A stretch of 64,000 nucleotides of DNA from Podarcis liolepis (lineage: Eukaryota): NCBI GenBank assembly GCA_965112155.1, contig OZ218106.1; one strand, 5' to 3'. The position numbers and the translations under genes were made by a program. Below, one piece after another: positions 38,390-51,580 of this stretch. Numbering within the stretch: position 1 is the first letter of the stretch; each line of letters begins with the position of its first letter. The notes below the pieces were generated by a model that was given only the letters and a program-made list of their open reading frames with translations, was not told where the DNA came from and did no database searches.

Positions 38390-38728
38390 TAACTGAAAGC
38401 AATTCTTCACGCAGCACATAGTTTCAAATTATGGAATTTGCACCCAGAGGAGGCAGTGATGGCCACCAACTTGGATGGCTTTAAGAGAGGATTAAATAAA
38501 TTCCTGGTGGATAAGACTATAAATGGCTACTAGTTGTAGATAGCTATGTTTTACTTCCACTTTCAGAGGCATTACGCCTCTGAATACCAGTTACTGAGAA
38601 TCACATTTGGGCAGTGGGCAGTTACACTCATGTCCAGCTTGCAGACTTCTCACAGGCATCTGGTCAGCCACTGTGAGAACAGGATGCTACTCTGGACTGA
38701 TCCAGCACACTTGTCTTGTGTTCTTAAG
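38390..38728 (+). mobile_element. CR1 LINE 3' end
   Basis: FFTQHIV..LWNL.PEEAVMATNLDGFKRGLNKFL (CR1 ORF2 end) plus the 3' UTR. Confidence 0.8.
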
Positions 38729-38870
38729 GATGTTGGACTAGATAGGACTTTGACGTGACATAGTCCTATATGAATCTAGTACATTGTCCTGGAAATATCA
38801 TCGCAGTGCTGGGATGTTTTCTACATGATCCCATGGCTCCATGTGGGAATAAGATTTAATTCTTATAGCA

Positions 38871-39358
38871 TGTCAGGGACTGGACTGAAGAGGAATGGTG
38901 GAGGCCGCCTCCTCCCCCCAACCTTCACAAGAAGAGGAGGACAGTATAGGTTTACAACGGTAGTTTGCAGAAAGTCACGAGTCTGAGACAGAAGAAGGAC
39001 AGAGCTGGGAGATAATGGAAGGGGAGGAGGGGGAAGGAGCAGAGCCAGAACAGCTGGCTAACATGTTATCATTAGAAAGCATTCCTGATCCCCCTTCTCC
39101 TAAAACCAGGAGGGCTGTGAAAGTGGAAGAGCAGAAAGCGAACAGACAAAGGGCCTTACGCAGCCACTGTAGAAGGGGTGACACTGCAGATGACGTAGAA
39201 TAAAGGGGGGGGAGATTACTCGGAGCAACGCCATTGATTAATTACATTCCTTTCTCTCTCTCTGTAAATTCTGAATAAATTATGTGGTAAGGACTCTTCT
39301 TGTTACCTACTTTTTTTGCTGCCACCAGAGGAGGGGAAGGATTCTCTGAGCCTTGACT
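38871..39358 (+). mobile_element. Solo LTR of a second Gypsy family (488 bp)
   Basis: Begins TGTCAGGG, like the chromovirus LTR, and ends CCTTGACT (degenerate). 5-bp TSD TAGCA at 38866-38870 and 39359-39363. AATAAA at 39274-39279. Confidence 0.82.
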
Positions 39359-40774
39359 TAGCATCATGGAGGCCCAACTGCCAAACATAGATTTTTCAGG
39401 GAGGCGACTATTCTGAAATATGTCTTCTGTGCATGCTTGCAGGGAAAGCGGGGGTTCTAAGTCTACCATAAGCTCATTGCCAGCTCCAGACTCATATTAT
39501 TTTATTAGCACAACCATTCCAAATCTGGTTTGGTAGTAGTGATGCAGCAAACACAGTTTGAGTTTTGAACATCAGGAACCTCAAAGCATCATTGCATCAC
39601 CATGAAGCCAGATGCGGTGCTGGGGGGTAGGCCGTGCTCAGTGGTGCAGCATGAGCTTAGCATCCATAAGGCCCCACTCATCCCTGGAAATTCTTTAAAA
39701 GTAGCTTGAAAATAGCAGGTGCTGTGAAAGTTCACCTCCCAGAAAGCCACTGCCGGTCCAGGCTAGATGACTCCGTATAAGGAAGCTTTCTATGTTCAAC
39801 ACCATTTCCTTTGGACCATGTAATTATACTACCTTTCCTCCCCAATAATTATAAATGTTGTTGACGTATAATCCAATTAGTTCCAAAAGAATTGCCTATG
39901 GAAAAAGAAAGTGCTCAGCTAATAAAAGAAAAGCGATCTGGTATTCGCTGGGGGTTTCCTTCCAAAATCAAATGATAGCAAAACAGTTATTCATTCACTG
40001 AACTGGAACATTAATTTTATTATGAAGCAAACCAAATTAAATACAAATATAAACAAAATCCTCATGGAGTCTCTGAATCATGACAATGTTTGCTCTTTTT
40101 CGAGCAAAATATAACAGAGATGCAACAAGTATTTGCATCTAAAAACAACACAGTAATTTTCACTATTTCTGCAGAAGTGGGATGTAGGTAGAATGCAAAA
40201 ATCCAAACAACCCAATGTGCAGGCCTCTGTGTAAACTTCTACATTAAAAACATTTAAAAAGAAAAGTAAAGTGGATGCTGGATGTTACAATCAGGAATGG
40301 AGGAGAGGTTGGAAGAGTAAGGTGCTTAACTCACTCCCCACCCAGTTGTTTTTTCCTTTTAAAATCATCCCATCTCTAAGTGTCCCTACTGGGAAAAAGA
40401 TACAGGTCTCCTTTCCTTTGACTAGAAATCAGTGAGAAAATTATCTGGCAGGGAAAGGGTTAAGTGTGCACGTGCACACGCGCACACACTCAAACCCTCC
40501 ATATCTGGCTTTCCTCTGCTCCTGATTTCAGCCTCTAGTGGCTGTTTTTCATTTAAAAAACCAAAAAAAAATCGAGGAAGAGTTACTTAGAACTCTATGG
40601 AACATGCCAACTGGCCTTCGATCATTTTTTTCCGGATTCTGAAAACGTACATCAAGATTTAGAAAAATCCATGTATAGTAATACCTGAGAGTCAGAGAGC
40701 TATTTTAGACATGCCTAGTGGGATACTCTGGCTTATTCCCCCCCACCCCCCATTTTAAGCAGTATACCCCTATC

Positions 40775-40775
<1 letters not shown>

Positions 40776-40808
<33 letters not shown>
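40776..40808. repeat. (TCTA)n microsatellite heading an L2-like tail on the minus strand
   Basis: Tetranucleotide array followed by TATATCCTGCCCTTC..CAGGGCGGTTTACA. Confidence 0.8.
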
Positions 40809-40809
<1 letters not shown>

Positions 40810-42077
40810 ATCAACAGTTATATCCTGCCCTTCTTCCGAAAAAGCACTACTCAGGGCGGTTTACAACATTTTAGCCTCATTAAAAACTATGAGCCAAGGA
40901 AATATGATCAGCAGTTAAAATCAATCAGAAAACATTCAAAAAACACACAACAAAATATTGTCAGAATAAAGCAGTATTTTGTAACCATGCAATATCAGAA
41001 ACTGTTTTTGAAACTCCCACATCTAAAAAGGAAAAAGGAAGAAAAACAGCTTGCCGTATAGCATGGAGAGCTGCTGTTTAAGACAGACAAGTCCAAGACT
41101 GCCTTGGGCACATGGAACCTCTCACAGATTTCTTTGGATCCTTCTCTTTATGCACTATATCTAATGGTTCTTGTTGCAACCCCCAAAACCATACTGAAAA
41201 GCAACAAGGATTTATTTCACAAACCAACCACAGTGCTTTCCTTACTCCTCTCCTGCGCACAAAAAGAATAACGAATAGCATCTTGCCTATAATTTCCAAA
41301 AATAGCACCAACGTAAATGGAAGCTAATTAAAATGGGGAGGGTTGTCCCCCACCCTTTTTTCTTTGTAAACTGATGCCTTCCGCACTGGCTTCCATGCAG
41401 AGAAAAGGAACAGAAAGTAGACAACTATCCACTTGGTGAAAGATTTTGATGCCACTGCATGACTAATGGATACAGCAATAAAAATCTGTTCCAGGAAACT
41501 CTGTAATCTATTTAACATACAGAGTTATTCTTTGCAACAAGAGCATCACCCCCTCAGGATGTAACACTATAATACAAATTTTGCCTAACTGGTGCCTTCC
41601 AGCTGTTTTGGACCACGACTCCCACCAGTCCAAACAGCTCGAGGGCACCAGGTTGGCAAAGGCTGCTGCTACAAGAGAATATCTACTTAGAAAAAATATT
41701 GGGATGTATTGAGCAGCCAATCTTATATATCACTATGGCTTCTGCTGAGGGAATTTTTGCTACTGTTGCACACTTCTGGGGTTAAAAACTATTACTACTA
41801 AAAACTTCACTATGCTTTCAACTGTTGTGTTAGTCTGAATCAAAGCTAAAAGATGTGATGTTCAGGGTTCCTTCCTCAGCTGTCATCTACAGCAGCATTG
41901 GGCTTCAGGAGAGAGAAACTGCACCTCTCCATATGCTCTTCTTAAATACTGACTCCATCTGGCTCTTCCCTCACCTGGCATTAGCAGCTATTCCATCAGG
42001 CTGCAGAAGAGGTAGAGCGGATTGCAGGATAGGAACTTTTGGCTCCTCCTCTCCTTAAAATATTCTCATGCCAAGTA

Positions 42078-42258
42078 CAGTGGACGCTTGGGTTGCAAAC
42101 GTGATCCGTGCGGGATGCACGTTCGCAACCCACAGTGTTCACAACCCGCAGCGGTGTGTCTGAGCATGCACAAAGCGCAGTTTAGCGCTTCTGCGCATGC
42201 GTGACTGCCAAACCCCAAAAAACACAACCTGAAGCATCTGTAACCCGAGGTATGACTG
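42078..42258. mobile_element. Tc1/mariner-type MITE, related subfamily
   Basis: TA CAGTGGACGCTTGGGTT...AACCCGAGGTATGACTG TA. Confidence 0.7.
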
Positions 42259-44303
42259 TACTGATTACAAGAACTCGGTAACTAAGTAATAATGCCTGAG
42301 CTTTCTCTTTTCCTCCTTTCCAGGCTCTTTTCCCATTATGTCTTCCTGTCTTTTATATTGTAAACCTGAGGGCAGGGAATGTCTTATTATTGACATCTGT
42401 AAGCTGCTCTGGGGGCCTTTTTTGGCTGAAGAGAATGATGAAATGATTTAAATAAATAAACACAGTGGCGAGGGTTTTGAAAGGAAATACATTTTCTTAA
42501 AATCCAAACGTAAACCCCAAATGCAAAGTCCAGCATGGAACTATCAGATGTACAATTTGATTTTAAAGACACTTGTTATGATCCAAGGATGCCTCCAGAA
42601 TCCTCTGATATTCATGTCTGGCTGTGCTGTTTCAGGCTTTCCAATCTTGATAGTTCATATATTGTAGGGATGCCTAAACATGCACTAGATCCATCAAAAT
42701 TAGTGCTGAAAGTCCAGTGCTGCATGTGCAAACCACATGACTCCCCTCCCTTAGTTAGCATGGGTGACACAGGAGCTGAAGTATGGGGCAGGTCAGCAAT
42801 AAAGCACCCAGTGTCAGTGAGGTTAACTCCTTATTCAAAGAAACCAAAACAGGGCCTGCCTATCTGCACAGATCTAGCCTCAAAACTCACAGCAACTCTT
42901 CCCAGTAGATCTTGCCCCAATGAGGCAGTTGTGAAGACTGAAGGTCCCCACCTTCCCACCACTCTCTAAGGCTCCTCACCCGGTTCCTTCCCCAGCAACC
43001 TGAGGTTCCTTCATCTTGTCTCTCTTTCCTCTGCCCTCTTCATTTCTCTGCATGTTCTGGGAGACCAGCAGGGAGGAAAGCTGGTCACAGGAGGAGGGGA
43101 GCCAGCTCTTGAGTTCCAGCTAGGAAGCTTTCTTTTGGCACTTGTTTCCCTCTCCCCCGTTTTGCTTGTGAGCGTGCTAATCCATTTGCCTCCTATTTTT
43201 TTGGGGGGGGGGGGAAACCCTGACTATTTATGTAATTCTGCAAGCTGTAGGATTCTTACAGGCTTGCTGTTACCTTTCCCTTGTGTGGGGATGTTTCTGC
43301 TTTGGCTACATACGCACCAGCCCTCAACCCCTGAAGTTGGAAAATAGAAGGAATTACAGTATAAGATTATTCTTTCTCTGAAATGTCAAACAATTATTTC
43401 CATTTTCACTCCATAAAAGCCACCTCTGAGCCACCTAGTGCAACCAGCATCCAGCTAATTTAATTAAATTATCTATACGACTCCCCAGCATATAGCCATC
43501 AAATTTCGCACGAATGATTCTGCCAGACTGCCAGCACAGAAATTAGGGATTGCAGCTGAGCAGCTGTAGAGGCAGGGTAAATGGACAGGAGTTAGCTCAT
43601 ATTCCCCAGGAAAAAGTACAGATAGAATTTAATGAAAGATATCACACAACCAGGTATTAGGAAACCAAGAAATTCAGGCACATACTTAATTTGATACTTA
43701 ATTCTCAGTGATTTTGATCTTAAACACAGACACACATGCCGGGAAGTAAGCTCTTTAAATTCAGCTTTACATTCCAGAGTCTAGCTTATAATGATGTTGA
43801 TAGAGAAGCAATGGATTAATGAGAAGCAAGGCTTTAAAGCCTGACAAATTTTGCAAAGTGTATCCAGATTTAAGGGCTATAATGTCCTGTTACAGAGGAG
43901 AAGGGAACCTATGTTCTCATTCTTTGCCTCAAGCAAGGCTGAGGGCAGTCTGTGTGCGTGTGAGTCTGCCACACCTTCAAGAACAGTCCTGCAATTTTCC
44001 TGGCTCGTTTGCAAACTGGTCAAAAGGGAATACACAGAGGCTCTTCACATATATACCTCACGTCTTGGGGAACAACCACATAAGACTAGGCCAAGTCTCA
44101 CTCCTTAGGATTTTTATTTATTATCTTTCGACATATGTTACCATTACTGCGTTGGTGATGATAATCTCTTCTTTCATTTTTGCAAACAAGTGAGCATTAT
44201 GCGGGGGGGGGGGGGGAGCTGTTTGGAGGCTGAAAACCTGAAATACTGTAAGAACACAGGAAGCTAATTAGTATCCACTTTCTCTACACTATGCATAGTT
44301 GTA

Positions 44304-44680
44304 AAAAAGGGTAAAGGACCCCTGGGTGGTTAAGTCCAGTCAAAGGCAACTATGGGATTGCGGCGCTCATCTCGCTTTCAGGATGAGGGAGCCAGTGTTT
44401 GTCCACAGACAGCTTTCCTGGTCATGTGGCCAGCATGACTAAACTGCTTCTGGTGCAACAATACGCCGTGATGAGTGCCAGAGCGCACAGAAATACCATT
44501 TACTTTCCCGCCGCAGTGGTATCTATCTACTTGCACTGGTGTGTGTTTGAACTGCTAGGTTGGCAGAAGCTGGGACAGGGCAATGGGAGCTCACCCTGTC
44601 GTGCAGATTCGAACCACCGACCTTCCAATCTGCAAAGCCAAGAGGTTCAGTGGTTCAGACCACAGCACCACCTGCTCCCC
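44304..44680 (-). mobile_element. Sauria SINE
   Basis: Full length. TSD core CATAGTTGTA at 44294-44303 and 44683-44692. Confidence 0.9.
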
Positions 44681-45019
44681 TACATAGTTGTAGAAACCTC
44701 TAGCACACACAGACATGGGTTAGCTTTCACTGTGGAGAAAATGCTACAGCCCTTTGATCATTTTATTGCCCTTCTCTGTATTTTGTCCAGCTTTTAGATG
44801 GGGTGACCAGATCTGTATGCCATCTACAGATTTATATAAAAACATAATGAAATGGACAGTTTAATTTTTTTCAGCCCCTTCCCCAATAATCCTTAGCATG
44901 TAATGCGTGTCTTTGGCTGCCTTGGCATGATGGGTTATGAAAAAAACCACCTGGACTCTTACCATGTTTTTGATGTTGCACATCAACAATGTGCACATTA
45001 AGCCTCATTTATAGTTTTC

Positions 45020-45368
45020 TCTTGAGAGTCCCATGGACTGCAAGAAGATCAAACCTATCCATTCTTAAAGAAATCAGCCCTGAGCGCTCACTGTAAGGAC
45101 AGATCCTGAAGCTGAGGCTCCAATACTTTGGCCACCTCATGAGAAGAGAAGACTCCCTGGAAAAGACCCTGATATTGGGAAAGATGGAGGACAAAAGGAG
45201 AAGGAGACGATGGAGGATGAAATGGTTGGATAGTGTTCTCGAAGCTACAAACATGAGTCTGACCAAACTGTGGGAGGCAGTGGAAGACCGGAGTGCCTGG
45301 CGTGCTCTGGTCCATGGGGTCACGAAGAGTCAGACACGATTAAACGACTAAACAACAACAACAACAAC
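45020..45368 (+). mobile_element. BovB (RTE) LINE, 5'-truncated
   Basis: LRVPWTARRSN..LKLRLQYFGHLMRREDSLEKTLILGK..WRALVHGVTKSQTRLND, then a (CAA)n tail. TSD ATAGTTTTC at 45011-45019 and 45369-45377. Confidence 0.95.
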
Positions 45369-47035
45369 ATAGTTTTCATACTACAAACATGAAAAAAGGG
45401 ATAATGTTGACCTTGCTGGAGCTCATGAGCTACTTGAAGCATGGCAAGGAACTTTCACATGCTCAGTACAAGTTCTATTTAAAACAAAAACCAGCAGACT
45501 CTAGGACAATATCACAAACTGCTATTGAAACGGCAATGAGTTCAAAGCACTACTAATACAACTAATACAGTTATTTGGATTGAGGATGCTGTATCAAGCT
45601 ATGTTGCCTAATAGTGCAATCCTAAACATGCTTAGCTGTTTTAATTAATAAGAATATTAAATGGAAATACTGGTATACATGGAAATGCTGGTATACACTG
45701 AGTCCTATAAACGATCTTTTCTATTTTATGGGGGGTTGGAGACATAGACAATGGAAATCTAGGCAGCAAAAAGTATGTTGTTTCCTATTGTGGCCTCTTG
45801 CTATATGCAAGCATTTGCAATATCATAAAACAATTATTTTCAGAACCTAGTGCTGTAGAATGTTTTTAATTTTATTCTCTTATGAAGAATGTCATTTACA
45901 AGCACTAATTGAATTAAAGTTCTGATTAATCCTAGGTGGGGGGCAGAAATCCCTTCTGTGTTTTTGTTTGCATTTTGCATTTCATTTTAGGCATTTAATA
46001 AGCCATAAAAAGGACTGGAGCTAGTTTTAAAAATCATTACATTTAAATATTTGTTTAATAGAAAGTGATGGCATAAATGTTACAATATGTTGCCAGACTA
46101 TCTTCACATTAAATAGTAATTGAAGAAAAAGCCCCCTGGATCTGCTCAAGGGCATGTCCCACAAAGATCCTCATTATCGTAATTTCAAACTTGGAAGCCA
46201 AACTAAATAACAAGGAGTAATTTGCCAATTAGAACTTCCTGCTCTTTTCCCTTTATTCGTTAAACACCATTCAGAGTCTGAATCAGTCAAACACTTTTAG
46301 CTTCAAAACTGCAACTGAAAGAATTTAATTTGTGTCTCTCCATGGTGAACCTGTCAAGAGGCAGCAGTGATGCATACCATGTCTTGACAAACAATTTCCC
46401 TTAAATACACAGAATGGATTTCCATGCAGTTGGGATATCTGGGGTTTCCTTTTCCCATTTCCTATCATTTTGCTACTATTGGTGGCAGGGAGGGTGTGTG
46501 TGTGTGTACCCAAAATAAAACATTCTGTTCTAAGATTTCACACCAGTGAATTCTGACATACAGAAATGTCTTTGGAGTCAAGACATGATCCTCTAAGAAT
46601 AAATTCTGCATATGATTAGTATTTCCATATACATGAAATTAGAACCAAATCAGAAAGCTAATTCATACAGCTGAAGAGGTGATAGCATTAAAAGTAGTGT
46701 TTGCTTTTAAAATTTAAATTTAAATATAATTTTATATTTTAAAAAAATCTGAAATAACTGTAAACTAAATATTATAAGGAAGAAAATTAACGGATAGATG
46801 ACTTGATAGGTTGGATCCATAGATAAGTGCATATATTGGAGCGGGTAGAAGCTGAATTTTCCTGCATCCTCTCTGTGGCAGCACACTCTGTCACATGTAA
46901 GATGTGCCACTGATGATCAGGGATTTTGCTGAATGGCCAATGGGGAAGAAATATATGTTACTCCCACAACTCACCTCTGGATCCAACTCTATAACTCATA
47001 CCACGTATACATGACAAAGATAACATCCCAGGAAG

Positions 47036-47183
47036 AGAATCATAGAATTGTATAGTTGGAAGGGACCCCAAGGGTCATTGAGTCCAACCCGTGTGATACA
47101 TGAATCCTGCCCACAACTATCCTTGGGTGGATTCAAACCACCAACCTTCTGGTTAAACAGCTGGGCATACTGGCCCATTGCAC
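47036..47183 (-). mobile_element. tRNA-head, CR1-tail SINE
   Basis: AGAATCATAGAATTG tail. B-box GGTTTGAATCC on the minus strand. Confidence 0.65.
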
Positions 47184-49276
47184 GTATGCTCCTACGATAG
47201 GCAATTTCCCTATTTTAGAGGCACTAGTCAGACAGTTCACATGCATTAGTAATACAGTGTTTGAGTCAGAATCAGTGGTTAAAGGAAGCAGGAATTGGAC
47301 CAGTACAGAGCACCAGAAAAGTTTTAATTCACATTCATAACTAAATATAGAGGGATACATAATACTAATGGAATCCGGGGGGGGGGGGGGAATCCCAATT
47401 CTATCTACCTCTGGAACGACAGCCATGTTAGGGAGCAATCCAAACACTCTAACTCCCACCAACAGGACCTTGTGGAGCAGAGGAGACATTGCTCCATCCA
47501 CAGCCCAACCACTCATGGCAGCTGCAATGGAAGTTGAGCAGTGGCAAGATGATTGGATCCCATCCCTGCACCAGCTCCAGGCTCACACAACAATCAGGTC
47601 TGGATCAGGCCCAATGGTGTCATTCATTAATGAGACCAGCTCGGTGTGCACATCTCACCGAGATGCAGAAATGTATCTCATCACTGACCTTTAGGGAGAG
47701 ACATAAAATACATTTATTCCTGCAGGCATATCAAGCCCTGAAAGGAGGCTTGTGAAGGCTGTTGTGATTTTAAGTTGCAAAGGCTGTTCTGATTTTATGG
47801 CTGTTATAATTTTTATTATAATGACTCTGTTTTTACTGTTGCATTTTGGTAATGGCCTTTCAGTGCTCTGTTTTATTCAGCTGCTTGGTGATTTTTATGC
47901 TGCAAGCCACCTTGAGCTTCAGGGCTAAATATGAAAATAAAACTATCACATGAAACTTGGTCACCAGAAGTTGTAGTCACATGGCATTTCGATCTTAGAT
48001 TACTTTTTCAACATATACAATCTGAGTGGAAGGCAATGCATAAATTTAACACCACATGCGAAATTTGTATGGATACAATCTAAGTGAAATGCCACGTCTT
48101 CTATGATATATGCAATGGATTTTATATTGTGAGAATCATATGTTGTGTTCTTATTTCCACGCCATTTTACTGCTAATGAACTGGGAGCTTTGTGGCAAGA
48201 AATCACCCTGCTGCCTTAGGAAACACCCAAATAAACAAGCATGCATTATTTGAACAATGCGTTAGCAACACCAAGAGGGTATAGTTAAAATCCAAATGGC
48301 AAATCTCACACTAGCAGAACTCAAACATTTTGTTTTGCAAAACCTTTGTTTGCTCTACCACAGTGCTAGCGAATTCTCAGGCATGTCTTATGCATATATC
48401 TGTACAATCCTTCATCAAAAGATTGAATTTAATAGCACAAGTGTAATTCAATCAGCCAAAAAGTATAGCATAACTGTATTAACTCCCAAAACACATGTGC
48501 TTATATAATTCCATTCATTAAAATGAATTATATGTATTTTAAAGTTTTCCACAATGCTAATGCGGGGATAATATAGATCTGTACAGAAGAAGATTTTAAC
48601 ACCTGAGTTTATTAAAAGTACCTGCCAAACGTCAAGTGACTCTTGTTCTGTAGGTTCAGAAAATGAATAACTGTTTATTATTTAGGATGGAACATATGCT
48701 CAATGCTGAAGTCACTTCAGAGTTGGAAACATGTGCTTGCGAGGGAGAATGATGCAAGGAGAAGGTATGCTGCTTATTTTCTTACGAATCCAGGTATTTC
48801 AATAACATAATAAAACTTGTTGCTGTTATTTTAAAGATTTCTACTGATTTGCTGGCTCTGCAAGACTGATTACAGAGTTCAGTAACTGTCAGTACCAAAT
48901 GCTTAGCAGATTTTTGCACGGCATAGTTATACAGACCTAAAATGCCAATTGTTGCAATGAAAATTTGCAAACAGGTCAACCAAAGGTCTCCTATCCCCCT
49001 AAAACAACTGTACCCATTTTCCATTGCTGAACATGATGCCTGGAACTGCTTCCCAGAATGCTTCCATGTGACCATATTTCCTCCCCTATGTCCCTGCCTC
49101 AAAAAGTCATGTTTTTTTTCCTGTTGTAATAAGACTGTGTCCTGGTCTTCTTGCAACCGAGCCGAAATGTGTGTATTTGAAATCATGTCATATTCTTTGT
49201 AAGAGTTCCTTGGGTACACGGAAATATGCCACAAATTAAGAGGGTTAAAAAAAGAACCCACCAAAATGGCCTGGAA

Positions 49277-49662
49277 CAGTGGTGAGGACCCTATGGCCTT
49301 AAGGGCTAATTAGGCCCAGCAGGCCTACTTTGGTTCATAAGGCTATACCGCCCCCAGCCACATCTACATATATGACGTCAGGTGTGGGACAGGCAAAGAC
49401 ATGGCTCCCTGGGTTTGAAAGCACCAGCCAGCTGACTATCAACACTTGCAAAGCCCAAGCGTTGACATTCAGCTGACGGGTGCTTGCAAAGCCTTATGCC
49501 TTTGCCCACATGATTTGACTTCAAACCATGTAAGCATAGGGAAACATTGGTTATGCCAGGTGATTGACAGGTAGGTGGCTTTATCCACATGCCAAACTGG
49601 CCTGCAGAGTTTAGGAGGGGTCAGGATCCATCCCACTAGCCAGATCCAGGTGCCCACCTCTG
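49277..49662. mobile_element. Probable old hAT (Charlie-like) non-autonomous element
   Basis: Imperfect TIR CAGTGGTGAGGACC / GGTGCCCACCTCTG. TSD decayed. Confidence 0.45.
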
Positions 49663-51338
49663 TTCTAAGATACACTGAATATATCAGTTGAGAAGGAACC
49701 AGGAGAGCATGGGAGCTGGGAAGGAGGGGGAATTAGCATTTTCAAGCACATAGCAGCTTGTAGTAGTAACCTGCAGGACAGATTAGAGTGAGAGTGGAGA
49801 TATATGTGCTACGAGGTTAGAAAACACAATTTCCTGAATTGCAGAATTGACAGGAAATTAACATTTCCCCCCATTTTCCAGCCCCCCACCCCCTTATAAA
49901 ATACTCAGGGTCAGCACTGGCAACCCCAAACCTGATCTCTCTTGCGCTACAAAAACACAGGAAGCTGCCTTCTCTTCTCCTAGGTATGCCTATTAGTCCA
50001 TCTAGCCCAGAATTGTCTACTCTGCTTGACAGAGCCTCCCCAGGGGTCTCAAAGGTCTTTCCTGCTACCGCTTTCTTTTAGCACAGCAGGGAAAGGCCTC
50101 AAAGGAGTTGGGTTGGAAAGCGGGGAAAGCCCAACATTGATTCCCCCCCCCCCGGTTCCACCCTCCTGAAACTCTACTCTCAATGAGGCCAGAACAAGAC
50201 TACAAGGCTCCTATTCCAGGGTGGTTGTGAGATAGCAACGGCCTGACGCAAAGCCGAATAGCCTCTCCACAACCAAATATGGATGCTCAACAAAAAGGTC
50301 ATCTGGAAGCAACCTTGAATGCAAAAAAGCATTTAACACCCCTTGTAATTTGGCACTGAGTTTTACCCCTAAAAGGTTTAAAGAGCTTGAGCAAGGAGCA
50401 TAGAAAAGGAAGCTGGCTGGCGTGTGAAAGTCTATGCTTTTTTTAAAGCTATGACTCCACCTAGCTCTAGCCACTCCTAGCCACAACTGGGCAAGCTACA
50501 GGGTGGGGCCATTTTGGATTTCCTTTCCTTCAAAGGAAGCAGTGTATAGAAGCAGTGGGCTTTAAGCTTTCCAGTCTGTGCAAGGGACATTCTGAGCTGC
50601 CCTAGCCATTTGTCTGAATCTAAGAGAACGTGGGAGGGCAGGGGTGCATTTATTTGAGCTGCACTAGAACCAGTAGCGACTCCCAAAGCAGCTAGGGAGA
50701 CAGCTTGCCATAGTTTTTAGCACCCCTGTGAGTTGTAAACATGGCTATTGTCAAACCGGCATCTGTTTAGGGCTGCCCCGAGTCGCCCGGCAATTTACTG
50801 TGACAACTTCATGGCAGTGTTAGAAACTGGGATAGACAAGCTAGGAGCCAAATGGCTTCTAGGACCTGGGTTGTGGGCACCAAAAAGAATGTCTAGTGGT
50901 GGCTACTGGGGGGGGGGGCAACACTTTTTTTATATAAGCATGAACTAATACACAGTTCACATAAGTGACACATTGTTAATATCTCATTTTTTAGCAGAGA
51001 TTTTTTATACATGTACTGTACTTCAGTTTTCCAAACACTCTACTCTTTATTGTTAAACTCCTTTTTACCCGTTTACCTTTACTTCAAGACTTCAAAGCCC
51101 ATGCATTTCAGTAATCCCTGAGTGTCAGCCAGGCGCAAAAAATTGCATCCAGACTTTTCGTGTTGTTCACAAATCAAGAATCTTTAAGCGCAAATGCACT
51201 TGGTGCCTTGCTAATTTTGAACCCTGCTTCAAGGTGAGTTCTGGCACCTATTTTTCTTGAGGGTGGGGAAGCACTGGGAAGGACAGATTGAAAGATTAGT
51301 CTGTTGGAATGAAGGTCCATTGTTAGTGGAGAAGGATA

Positions 51339-51580
51339 CAGTGGTACTTTGGGTTACATACGCTTCAGGCTACATATGCTTCAGGTTACAGACTCCGCAA
51401 ACCCAGAAATATTACCTCAGGTTAAGAACTTTGCTTCAGGATGAGAACAGAAATCGTGTGCCAGCGGCGCGGCAGCTGCAGGAGGCCCCATTAGGTAAAG
51501 TGGTGCTTCAGGTTAAGTACAGTTTCAGGTTAAGAACGGACCTCCAGAATGAATTAAGTACTTAACCCAAGGTACCACTG
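51339..51580. mobile_element. Tc1/mariner-type MITE, copy 3
   Basis: TA CAGTGGTAC...GGTACCACTG TA, highly similar to the copies at 22192 and 58192. Confidence 0.88.

Noticed and set aside
48782-49264. 160-aa minus-strand ORF
   Set aside because: Non-ATG start, no motifs or exon boundaries. Compatible with chance.
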